From Actinomycetes bacterium (GTDB taxonomy: Bacteria; Actinomycetota; Acidimicrobiia; Acidimicrobiales; Acidimicrobiaceae), in NCBI GenBank assembly GCA_021785005.1, contig JAJYGT010000128.1, positions 1,361 to 25,360 on the forward strand: DNA of 24,000 nt, read 5' to 3'. Of the stretch, positions 8,236 through 16,984 are shown in pieces. The position numbers and the translations under genes are program-made. Each line of letters starts with the position of its first letter. Position 1 is the first letter of the stretch. The notes beneath the pieces are model-generated. The model did not search any database and was not told the DNA's origin. It was given only the letters and a program-made list of their open reading frames with translations.

Positions 8236-9142
8236 AGAAATTCAACTATTAAGTGTAACTTTGGTTGAAATGGAGGTAGCAGTGGTTCAAGAAGTTTCAT
8301 CAGCGGATGAAAGTCTTGCTGATTTTGAGCGAAGGGCCAAGGAGCTAGACGATGCCCTAGAAGGACTTGACAATCTTGACGAAAGGTCAAAAAAGAGCGC
8401 CTACGCGATAAAAGATTCGCTTGAAAGCTACTACATCATGGCTGTAAAACGCGCCGTAGAGATTCTGTTAGGACAAGGTGACCTGGGGTTAACTACTTTG
8501 CGAACGCTTTCATCGGATCCCATTGTACGGGCGCTATTTACCAGCGCTGGAGTGATCCAGACTGGACCAACCGAACGGGTGTTCAAAACATTGGCCTCTG
8601 TCAAGCCTTATCTTGATTCTGCTGGTGTGAGTGTCGAAGTGGTGAATATCAACCTCCCAGAGGTCTTAGTGCGACTGCGAGGAAATTTCGGTTCGTGTTC
8701 TTCATCGAAAGAACAACTTTTAGAAGAGATTCAAGAAATTATAATTTCGAACGTGGGCGAGGTCAGTAAAGTCCGAGCCATTGATGACAATGACCCTGAT
8801 CTTTTGAAACTTAGTCCTACTAGACGAAAAATTCCACAGTGGGAAATTGGACCAGCGCTAGAAGATATCGTTGATTATGGCGTATTGCCATTTACTATTG
8901 GCGAAGAGCGCTTGATCCTTACCTCGGTTGCGGGCGAGTTATCGTGCTTTAGGAATAGGTGTGCTCACCTAGGGATGGAACTAGATCGAGCGACGCTCGA
9001 CGTTGACGGGACTTTGGTGTGTCCGTGGCATAGGTTTTGTTTCGACGCTATATCTGGCGAATGCTTGACTATCCCGGGGGTTGAACTAGAGAAGTTTTCC
9101 GTTCGAGTCGAGGACGGAAGCGTAATGGTAAAACTAAAATGA
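8225..9142 (+). CDS. Putative Fe-S protein: NifU-C-terminal-like domain fused to a Rieske-type [2Fe-2S] domain (HucE/HhyE-like)
   Basis: The Rieske motif is C-A-H-x17-C-P-W-H (CAHLGMELDRATLDVDGTLVCPWH). The central region VFKTLASVKPYLDSAGVSVEVVNINLPEVLVRLRGNFGSCSSS resembles a NifU C-terminal domain. The track start is GTG at 8225. ATG 8270 or GTG 8282 (5 nt after GGAGG at 8272-8276) are more plausible starts. Confidence 0.8.
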   Translation: MRFKEIQLLSVTLVEMEVAVVQEVSSADESLADFERRAKELDDALEGLDNLDERSKKSAYAIKDSLESYYIMAVKRAVEILLGQGDLGLTTLRTLSSDPIVRALFTSAGVIQTGPTERVFKTLASVKPYLDSAGVSVEVVNINLPEVLVRLRGNFGSCSSSKEQLLEEIQEIIISNVGEVSKVRAIDDNDPDLLKLSPTRRKIPQWEIGPALEDIVDYGVLPFTIGEERLILTSVAGELSCFRNRCAHLGMELDRATLDVDGTLVCPWHRFCFDAISGECLTIPGVELEKFSVRVEDGSVMVKLK

Positions 9143-10233
9143 GCATGCATGAGCCGTTGGCGTGGGTTGGTTCGCCGAGTCTTGGAGGATTGAGGCTTCC
9201 AAGTGCAAAGTTGTCTCCATCATCGCTATATGCCCCTCGAGGCGTGTGGACCGACGGGAAAATGTTGGTTGTTGCCGACACTGGAAACCATCGGGTAATG
9301 ATTTGGAACGAGCTACCAAGATACGATCAAGCACCTGCTGACATCGTCCTTGGTCAGCCGGACTTTTTGAGTGAAGGTCCAAATACCAACGGTTTTGAGT
9401 ATGGTATGAACCTTCCAACTGGTGTGTGTTATGAAGACGGCCGTTTGATCGTCGCTGATGCGTGGAACCATAGATTGCTGGTATGGGACAAACTACCCGA
9501 TCATAATTGTGCCCGAGCTGATCATGTAATAGGCCAACAAGATCTATTTAGCGTTGAGGTCAACGCGGGCCAGAGTTGTGGACCGACATCGCTTTACTGG
9601 CCCTTTGGAATAGGGTTTGTGGGCGGCCGATTTTGGATTACCGACACCGGAAACAGACGCGCTTTGGCGTTCGAACATCTTCCTTTGCATGGTGAAAAGC
9701 CCGATTTGATATTAGGGCAATCTGATGGGTATCAAAACGAAGAGAACCGTGGTGGGCTTACGGAAAATAGTTTTCGCTGGGTGCACGCCGTTGCCGGCGA
9801 CGACGATTACGTATTTCTAGCCGACGCTGGCAATCACAGAGTCCTAGTTTGGCCGAGTGACGTGCGTTATGATAGTGTTCCGCTTGCCGCAGTTGGACAG
9901 ATTGATCTGCTCTCTGCCTATGAGTTTTCCCTGGGCCCGCAAAATGCAAAAATGCTGCGGTTCCCTTATTCAGTTACGTGCGATAAAAAACGATTGGCGG
10001 TTGCGGATACAGCCAATAACAGGATCTTGATTTATGACAACTATCCGCTTGAATGCGGACTTCCGGCAGATTCAGTTATTGGTCAAATTGATCTGGTGTC
10101 GAACGGTGAAAACCGTTGGCAGTCCGTTACGCATGAAACATTGTGTTGGCCATATGGTATTTGCATGAGCGGTGAAATATTAGCTGTTGCTGACTCTGGA
10201 AACAATCGTGTGATGCTGTGGCGCTTGTCTTAA
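9139..10233 (+). CDS. NHL-repeat six-bladed beta-propeller protein, hydrogenase-cluster accessory gene
   Basis: 364 aa with six [VIL]-[AT]-D-[TAS]-x-N-x-R-[VLAI] units: VADTGNHRV, VADAWNHRL, ITDTGNRRA, LADAGNHRV, VADTANNRI, VADSGNNRV. Five of them are followed by a ..D.[VI][LI]GQ.D linker. The ATG overlaps the upstream stop (ATGA). Confidence 0.87.
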   Translation: MSMHEPLAWVGSPSLGGLRLPSAKLSPSSLYAPRGVWTDGKMLVVADTGNHRVMIWNELPRYDQAPADIVLGQPDFLSEGPNTNGFEYGMNLPTGVCYEDGRLIVADAWNHRLLVWDKLPDHNCARADHVIGQQDLFSVEVNAGQSCGPTSLYWPFGIGFVGGRFWITDTGNRRALAFEHLPLHGEKPDLILGQSDGYQNEENRGGLTENSFRWVHAVAGDDDYVFLADAGNHRVLVWPSDVRYDSVPLAAVGQIDLLSAYEFSLGPQNAKMLRFPYSVTCDKKRLAVADTANNRILIYDNYPLECGLPADSVIGQIDLVSNGENRWQSVTHETLCWPYGICMSGEILAVADSGNNRVMLWRLS

Positions 10234-10325
10234 AACTCGATCGGAGTTTATCGTTTTGGGTGTTGTAAATTTAGAAAATTCATTAGCTCGAGTAATAAAT
10301 ACTTGCTTTGTAGAGAGGAAATCAT

Positions 10326-10619
10326 ATGTGTTTGGGAGTGCCGGGTCAAGTGATGGAGCTTTGGACAGAATCTGAAGTGATTATGGGAACCGTAGATTTT
10401 ATTGGGATAAGGCGCAAAGTTTGTTTCGCATCGCTTCCCGAGGTGCGAGTCGGGGAGTATGTATTAGTTCATGTTGGGTTTGCGCTCGCACGCCTGGACG
10501 AAGATCATGCTTTAGAGACAATTCAGCTAATGCGAGACCTGGGAATTTTCGAAGATGAACTCGGCGTGGGTTTAAGTCAATTTTTAGATTCGGATACCGA
10601 TTCGGTTTCACAAAACTAG
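10326..10619 (+). CDS. hypC: Hydrogenase assembly chaperone HypC/HupF family
   Basis: 97 aa beginning MCLGVPGQV, the invariant N-terminal Cys2 motif. The RBS is AGAGGAAA. Confidence 0.92.
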   Translation: MCLGVPGQVMELWTESEVIMGTVDFIGIRRKVCFASLPEVRVGEYVLVHVGFALARLDEDHALETIQLMRDLGIFEDELGVGLSQFLDSDTDSVSQN

Positions 10620-10646
10620 TGTTCGTAAGGTAGTTAGGTAGATCAG

Positions 10647-13016
10647 ATGTTGGTTCAACCTCGCATTGGCAAGCTCGAAGCTTTTGAAGTTACGATTTCG
10701 GGAATCGTGCAGGGCGTTGGCTTTCGTCCTCATATCTATCGTCGTGCGATTGAGCTAGGGCTCAATGGTTGGGTTGCCAACTCCCCTGAAGGTGTTCTGC
10801 TTTACCTGGAGTTAGAATCTGATCGCATTGAACAAGCGATTCACGACCTGCTACTTGATCTCCCAGAAGTTGCCAGGGTGGATCTATGGCGGATAAATAA
10901 AGTTGAGCCCACACATTTGCAGGGCTTTGAAATTTGTCAAACCCTTTCTGGTGGAAATTTCGCTGCGGAAATGTCGCCTGATTTGGCCGTTTGTGCTGAT
11001 TGTTTAACAGAGATGCGAGACCCGGGTAATCGGCGATTTGCTTATCCCTACATTAGCTGTACTAACTGTGGTCCCAGATACTCGGTTATGACCAGTTTGC
11101 CATATGACCGCAAGAATACAACAATGCGAACCTGGAAAATGTGTCAACAGTGCGACGAGGAGTATCGAAACCCGTATGACCGACGGTACCATGCCGAGCC
11201 AATCGCTTGTTTTGAGTGTGGTCCCGTTTTTAATCTGTACGAAGTAGATGCCGATGGATCATCGTTTGTTATACGCGAAGGTTCGGCGAAGTCGATCATA
11301 GATTCTATCGTCATCCTCTTGGAAAGTGGGGGAATTGCTGCAATCAAAGGTATCGGCGGTTACCACCTTGCATGTGACGCTTTTGATGCCAAGGCTGTAA
11401 AAAGGTTGCGTGACCTAAAGTTTCGTAAAGAAAAACCGTTTGCGCTATTGGTCAAAAATATAGAAGTTGCAAAGAAACTTTGCGAGGTATCTGGATCCGC
11501 TGAACAGCTTCTTGGGTCAAGATCTGCGCCAATTGTACTGTTGCCTGAGACAAATACTATCGAGGGAATTGCACCCGATGCGGCGAGGCTCGGAATAATG
11601 TTGCCTTATACGCCCGTACAGCATCTTTTGTTTGACTATGGTGCTCCAGAAGTTTTGGTTATGACCAGTGGAAATCGATCGTCCGAGCCTATCACGATCG
11701 ACGATGATGAGGCTTTGGATCGATTTTTGGGTATTGCAGATGCGGTGCTCGTAGGTGAGCGGGCAATCGCGAGACGACTAGATGATTCAGTTCTTGAACT
11801 TGGTGACGCTCCACGTTTTATTCGCAGGTCACGCGGATATGCACCATCCTTTGTAACAAAAATCGAGGCTCAAGGAACTTTTTTGGGTGTTGGATCAGAT
11901 TTAAAGTCAACCGTCTCGTTATTGGTAGACAACAAGGCTCTTATTTCTCAATACTTAGGTGACCTTAGCTATTTTGAAGTCCAGGAGTCACATAAGAAAA
12001 CCGTCAATGATCTTCTCGATCTTTATAGTGTTGATCCTTCGAGTGTCACGATTTGTGCTGACTTACACCCTGGTTATTACTCGACCAGGCTGGCTAGCGA
12101 GTACTCCTCGGATTTCAACGCTAAGAGCCCGTACTTTTTTCAGCACCACCGCGCCCACATTGCATCGGTTCTGGCTGAGGCAAATGTTTGGGAAGCCAAT
12201 GTTGTCGGAGTTGCACTTGATGGTACTGGCTACGGAGATGATGGGACTATTTGGGGCGGCGAGTTTTTCTTCGGTTCAATGAATGATGGTTTCACACGAA
12301 TCGCAAGTCTTGAACAAGGAGTGCTGCTAGGTGGCGATGCCGCGGCACAACGACCGCTACAAGCCTTGGCTGGATTGATTTCCAGCGATGCAGTCTGGGA
12401 ATTATTGGGCAGTGACATCTTTGGTGTAGCACCCGATAGTTTTAAAACAACTTCAAGTCTGCGTGCATCGCTTGGGCAGACGAGCACAAAAACCTCTTCT
12501 GCGGGGCGGTTATTCGATAGCTTCGCTGCAATTTGTGGCTTTGTTAGACCTATGACCTATGAAGGACAAGCCGCCATGTGGCTTGAGTCACTAGCTGCGA
12601 GTCTTGAGGATAAGCAAAAGAAAAATGTCAGTCCCTATTATTTTAGTTTTGATCAATCAGTGATGTCGTATCAAGGCGCGCTTGGCCAGGCAATTACCGA
12701 TCGACTGAATGGCGTTTCGCCCGCACTCATTGCTGGCAGATTTCACGCTGGATTCTGTGACGCGATTGCGAACCTGGTTCTAAATGCGGTCACGCTATAT
12801 CAAGTTGATACTGTTGTGCTAGCAGGCGGCGTATTCCAAAATCAGATCTTATCCCGTGAAATAATCTCTAATTTGTCGGGTAACCACATACAAGTCTTGG
12901 CTAATAGGCGACTGTCATGCAATGACGAGAATATTTCACTTGGGCAAATCGCGCTGGCATCGTTCGGTAACGTCCATACTCAAACTCTAGGAAAGAGTGA
13001 ACGTGTTGAATCTTGA
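10647..13016 (+). CDS. hypF: Carbamoyltransferase HypF
   Basis: 789 aa. It has an acylphosphatase-like N-terminus (VQGVGFRPHIYR), two Zn-finger pairs (CADC..CTNCGPRYS; CQQC..CFECGP), a YrdC-like domain (IKGIGGYHLACDA) and a Kae1-like C-terminal domain. Confidence 0.96.
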   Translation: MLVQPRIGKLEAFEVTISGIVQGVGFRPHIYRRAIELGLNGWVANSPEGVLLYLELESDRIEQAIHDLLLDLPEVARVDLWRINKVEPTHLQGFEICQTLSGGNFAAEMSPDLAVCADCLTEMRDPGNRRFAYPYISCTNCGPRYSVMTSLPYDRKNTTMRTWKMCQQCDEEYRNPYDRRYHAEPIACFECGPVFNLYEVDADGSSFVIREGSAKSIIDSIVILLESGGIAAIKGIGGYHLACDAFDAKAVKRLRDLKFRKEKPFALLVKNIEVAKKLCEVSGSAEQLLGSRSAPIVLLPETNTIEGIAPDAARLGIMLPYTPVQHLLFDYGAPEVLVMTSGNRSSEPITIDDDEALDRFLGIADAVLVGERAIARRLDDSVLELGDAPRFIRRSRGYAPSFVTKIEAQGTFLGVGSDLKSTVSLLVDNKALISQYLGDLSYFEVQESHKKTVNDLLDLYSVDPSSVTICADLHPGYYSTRLASEYSSDFNAKSPYFFQHHRAHIASVLAEANVWEANVVGVALDGTGYGDDGTIWGGEFFFGSMNDGFTRIASLEQGVLLGGDAAAQRPLQALAGLISSDAVWELLGSDIFGVAPDSFKTTSSLRASLGQTSTKTSSAGRLFDSFAAICGFVRPMTYEGQAAMWLESLAASLEDKQKKNVSPYYFSFDQSVMSYQGALGQAITDRLNGVSPALIAGRFHAGFCDAIANLVLNAVTLYQVDTVVLAGGVFQNQILSREIISNLSGNHIQVLANRRLSCNDENISLGQIALASFGNVHTQTLGKSERVES

Positions 13017-13092
13017 TGTCGGGAGAACAAATTAATTGAGTTTGCTAAAGAGGATATCGCTTTCATAAAAAGGTTTAACTGGAGGTATTTGA

Positions 13093-14205
13093 ATGAAAAT
13101 GGTTGATGAGTACCGGAATCCGAAGCAGATTTTGTCTCTCGCTGCAAAGATCGGCGATGCTGTACAAGATAGAGGATATCGCTTTATGGAGATTTGCGGC
13201 GGGCACACCCACTCCATCTATCGCTTTGGGTTAAGTGATTTGCTTCCTAGGAATATTGAACTGATCCACGGGCCTGGATGTCCGGTTTGCGTATTGCCGA
13301 TTGGAAAAGTCGATGAGGCACTGACGCTAACAAATGACCCCGACGTTATCCTGTGTGCATTTGGCGATGTTATGAGAGTTCCTGGATCTAAAGTATCCCC
13401 GTTGCAAGAGAGGGCGCGCGGCAAGGACATTCGTATGGTTTATTCGCCCTTGGACGCGCTGAAGATCGCAGTGCAAAATCCGTTAAAACACGTAGTGTTT
13501 TTTGCCATTGGTTTTGAGACCACAGCTCCGTCGACGGCTTTGACCATCATGCAAGCGAGTCAGATGAAGCTTACAAATTTTTCAGTATTTTGTAACCATG
13601 TGACAGTGGGACCTCCAATTAGGTCAATTTTGGAGAGTGCTGAGCTTGATTTGGACGGGTTTGTTGGCCCAGGTCACGTCTCTGCGGTTGTTGGAACCAA
13701 GGTTTATGATTTCGTTGCGCAAGAGTTCGGTCGTCCGCTGGTGGTATCTGGCTTTGAGCCTGTGGACATACTGGAATCTTTGCTCTTGTTGATCAACATG
13801 GTAAATCGCAAGGACGGATCAATTTATAACCAGTACGTGCGAGCAGTAAAGCGTGAAGGCAACTTGGCGGCGATCAATGCGATGTCTGAGGTTTTTGAGG
13901 AAAGGTCACGCTTTGAGTGGCGGGGTCTTGGATTTATCGATCAATCGGCACTAAAGATAAAAGAAAAGTATGCTCCATTTGATACAGAGATGCGCTTTAC
14001 AATACCCGCAATTCGAAGTCCTGAGCCCAAGAATGCAATTTGCGGAGATGTGCTGATCGGCGCAAAACGTCCGGAGCAGTGCGAGCTACTAGGTAAAAGT
14101 TGCACTCCGGAGAGCCCCGTTGGCGCACTTATGGTCTCATCCGAAGGTGCCTGCTCGGCATACTACACCTACGTGCATAGAACTTTAGCGACAGTGGAGG
14201 GTTAA
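13093..14205 (+). CDS. hypD: Hydrogenase Fe(CN)2CO-assembly protein HypD
   Basis: 370 aa with the conserved motifs CGGHTHSI, GPGCPVCV, GFETTAP and GPGHVS. Confidence 0.96.
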   Translation: MKMVDEYRNPKQILSLAAKIGDAVQDRGYRFMEICGGHTHSIYRFGLSDLLPRNIELIHGPGCPVCVLPIGKVDEALTLTNDPDVILCAFGDVMRVPGSKVSPLQERARGKDIRMVYSPLDALKIAVQNPLKHVVFFAIGFETTAPSTALTIMQASQMKLTNFSVFCNHVTVGPPIRSILESAELDLDGFVGPGHVSAVVGTKVYDFVAQEFGRPLVVSGFEPVDILESLLLLINMVNRKDGSIYNQYVRAVKREGNLAAINAMSEVFEERSRFEWRGLGFIDQSALKIKEKYAPFDTEMRFTIPAIRSPEPKNAICGDVLIGAKRPEQCELLGKSCTPESPVGALMVSSEGACSAYYTYVHRTLATVEG

Positions 14206-14213
14206 AAGACCAA

Positions 14214-15248
14214 ATGGAACCAACGATTAGATTTAGTGATAAAGAAATTCTTTTAGCTCACGGTTCAGGTGGTAAAGCAAGTAGAAGGCTCATTGAAGGC
14301 CTTATCGTTCCAATTCTTTCCTCTCCAGAGCTAGAACGTCTGAACGACGCGGCAACTGTGAAGGTCGGCAGTGACGATGTGGTAGTGACGACTGATTCTT
14401 TTGTGGTCAGTCCCAGGGTATTTTCCGGCGGATCAATCGGTGAGCTGGCGGTAAATGGGACTCTTAATGATTTGGCAGTTTCTGGTGCTGAACCTATTGC
14501 GATTACTTTGGCGATGATCCTAGAGGCGGGGTTGTCAACACAAGACCTTACCCATGAGCTTTTGGCAATTGCCAAAAGCGCTCGCGATGCAGGGATTGAG
14601 ATTGTAACTGGAGATACAAAAGTTGTAGAGCATGGAAAAGCTGATGGTATTTTTATTACTACTACCGGGATCGGCCGTATGCATCAAAATGCGCAACTTT
14701 CGGTCGAGCGCGCACGGCCCGGGGATAGAGTTCTTTTATCTGGGCCTATAGGAGATCACGGTATCACCGTTTTACTTGCGCGTGGAGAAATTGATCTCCA
14801 GGCCGATGAACTCGTATCAGACACTCGGAGCGTGTGGCCATTCATAAATACACTTCTTGATACATTTGGAGCAGAAGTGAAATGGATAAGGGATCCAACT
14901 AGGGGTGGATTAGCGACTACGTTGAACGAGTTTGCAACTGCAGCAGAGCTGCAAGTCCTGATTGACGAGGAGAACGTCGTCATAAATCCGCCAGTTCGCG
15001 GCGCTTGTGAAGTTCTTGGCCTGGATCCGTTTCATATCGCAAACGAGGGACAATTTGTGGCGATCATCTCAGACAAAGTTGCCGCCCATGCCGAATCTTT
15101 ACTTAAATCAATGCCGGGTGGCCATAATGCGCGACTTATAGGTTCGGTTACCGAGGGTTCGGTACCCATCGTCTTGTGTAAGACTGCCTATGGTGTAACT
15201 AGGGTTCTTGATATGCTAAGCGGAGATCCTTTGCCTAGAATTTGTTAG
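14214..15248 (+). CDS. hypE: Hydrogenase maturation (thiocyanate-forming) protein HypE
   Basis: 344 aa with a PurM-like fold signature and the diagnostic C-terminal PRIC motif ending the protein. Confidence 0.96.
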   Translation: MEPTIRFSDKEILLAHGSGGKASRRLIEGLIVPILSSPELERLNDAATVKVGSDDVVVTTDSFVVSPRVFSGGSIGELAVNGTLNDLAVSGAEPIAITLAMILEAGLSTQDLTHELLAIAKSARDAGIEIVTGDTKVVEHGKADGIFITTTGIGRMHQNAQLSVERARPGDRVLLSGPIGDHGITVLLARGEIDLQADELVSDTRSVWPFINTLLDTFGAEVKWIRDPTRGGLATTLNEFATAAELQVLIDEENVVINPPVRGACEVLGLDPFHIANEGQFVAIISDKVAAHAESLLKSMPGGHNARLIGSVTEGSVPIVLCKTAYGVTRVLDMLSGDPLPRIC

Positions 15249-15327
15249 AAAATTTAGCACGGCTACTCACCGCTAGTGATTTTGGTGACTAAGGGCACAC
15301 CGTGCTTCAATTCCTAATTTTAATCTG

Positions 15328-16953
15328 TTATGGTAGTGCTGGTAAACCTGTGGGATTTGGGACTTCCGCCCAAGTCGTTGGTGCATTTGGCGACGCCACG
15401 GGAAGCGGATAGAATGGCGAATTGACATTCTTGAGACGCGTGTCATAGATCAGCGCCCTTTGCGAGTGTGCACCAATGCAGTTAGTCGAGCTGCTTGGAA
15501 AGCCATTGATTCCCGCGTAATTTGCTACGACATTGCCATACAACATGATTTGATCATACGATGTTCCGCCTGCATTTGTGCAATCTGGAACTTGCAACGT
15601 AAATGAACCATTCATGGCAAAGATAGAGGCCATAACCACAGCGTCGTTGGCATTCATCTGTTTTGGTAGCTGAGACGAACAGTTGTCGCTTGGGGTTCCG
15701 GTCCAGGTCGTATTTGCCATTTCTACATTATTGGTTGCAACTAACCCAAGAACGTCTTGATTGGTAGTTGCACAATCGGCATAAAGCAGATTGCCATCTA
15801 TCACAATGTTGTCATCGGCGCCAATGGTAAGCGCGCCACCCGTAACGCCTTGAACAACTGCAGTTCCGTCGGTGCACGGGTAAGTGTAATTGTCGATGGT
15901 TATGTTTCCAGAGACCTGACAAGTAGTTGCATTTGCCACATAAATGGTTCCACTATTTACAGTCACCGACGCACCAGTCGTGTTCGCCAATCCAGACCCT
16001 CCGCATGCAACGTAATTTGGAACGGTAGATGGCGTTTCTGGGCTATATACCTGCACTGTAGGTGTAGGCGCGCTGGTAGTTGATCCGGGAGAGTTGGTGA
16101 CGGTAATTTGAGTAGGGCCCTCGTAGTAGCATCCGTTGGTGTAGGCCGCGCCGATCAAATTTGTCGGTGAAGGCGGTACATTGATCGAGCCTAAGCTAGA
16201 CGGCATAATTACAGGACTAGATACCGTAACTGGATTAGACGAAACTGCTCCGCAGTTTCCGGAAGAGGTGTCGATATAGCCACTTGCGCAAGTGCCAGAC
16301 TGTGTGGCGCCTGTTTCTAAAGTATTTTTGAAGCTGTTGGCTTGGTGGAGATAATAATTGCCATTGGTATACATAGTGCCAGGTGGAGCCCAGCTTGGAG
16401 CCGGCACGTTATTTAGTACATAATATTGCGGATTACCAGACATAGCATTTGCCAGCGCTGGGAGCATGGTCATTGAGTTGTAATAGAGTTCGAAATTAGC
16501 AAACGTGTTAGGTGAAATTGTCTCTTGGACGGTTCGTTCTTGAGTCTGTGCACCATGAAGAGTAACGCCAGTAGCGGTAAGTACGATATTTTTGCTCGTT
16601 GACGCGTAACTGGTGCTGTAGTGGAAGTATTCATTGGTAGAACCAGGTACTTGAACCCAGCCGGTAAGTGCGGCGTTTGGAGATGTCGTCGAGCTATTTT
16701 GGTTTAGTTGATTTAGGTAATCAGATACGCCAGATTCTGCTGCGGTTAGCGCTGATTGATAGTCTTGATTACCTCTGGCCAAAGGTTGCAAGCTGGTTGA
16801 GTTTATATAAGTCACAATCGGGATCATAGCTAGTAGCATGACTGCAATCACGGCTATGGTTACGGCCAGATCTCCACGGTCGGCGTCGCTAGCACGAACT
16901 TTGTGACCACTACGGTACAGCTTGGCAATGTGTTTAATTTGGATTGGTTTCAT
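15328..16953 (-). CDS. Large PilX-like type IV minor-pilin/tip-associated protein (Ser/Thr/Asn/Gly-rich, multi-Cys)
   Basis: 541 aa. An N-terminal basic leader is followed by the hydrophobic helix LAVTIAVIAVMLLAMIPIV. Next comes ARGNQDYQSALTAAESGVSDY, which resembles the PilX N-terminal domain pattern (..N......A..aAEsG). The rest is low-complexity and secreted-looking, with paired Cys. It is the last gene of a three-gene pilin-like operon. Confidence 0.6.
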   Translation of the reverse strand: MKPIQIKHIAKLYRSGHKVRASDADRGDLAVTIAVIAVMLLAMIPIVTYINSTSLQPLARGNQDYQSALTAAESGVSDYLNQLNQNSSTTSPNAALTGWVQVPGSTNEYFHYSTSYASTSKNIVLTATGVTLHGAQTQERTVQETISPNTFANFELYYNSMTMLPALANAMSGNPQYYVLNNVPAPSWAPPGTMYTNGNYYLHQANSFKNTLETGATQSGTCASGYIDTSSGNCGAVSSNPVTVSSPVIMPSSLGSINVPPSPTNLIGAAYTNGCYYEGPTQITVTNSPGSTTSAPTPTVQVYSPETPSTVPNYVACGGSGLANTTGASVTVNSGTIYVANATTCQVSGNITIDNYTYPCTDGTAVVQGVTGGALTIGADDNIVIDGNLLYADCATTNQDVLGLVATNNVEMANTTWTGTPSDNCSSQLPKQMNANDAVVMASIFAMNGSFTLQVPDCTNAGGTSYDQIMLYGNVVANYAGINGFPSSSTNCIGAHSQRALIYDTRLKNVNSPFYPLPVASPNAPTTWAEVPNPTGLPALP

Positions 16954-16984
16954 TTCTCATATACCTCAAAGTTAATTTCGCGTA

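Noticed and set aside
10233-10260. Hairpin AAACTC-gatcg-GAGTTT followed by atcgTTTT after the NHL gene, as a possible terminator separating the accessory genes from hypCFDE
   Set aside because: The stem is only 6 bp and mostly A-T, and the T-run is short and interrupted. It is too weak to call a terminator. It may be a partial attenuator at best.
15256-15306. AGCACGG...CCGTGCT 7-bp stem, with an inner TCACC...GGTGA pairing, between convergent hypE and the PilX-like gene as a bidirectional terminator
   Set aside because: The loop region is long (37 nt) and no convincing U-tracts flank the stem. It is plausible but unsupported without RNA 3'-end data.
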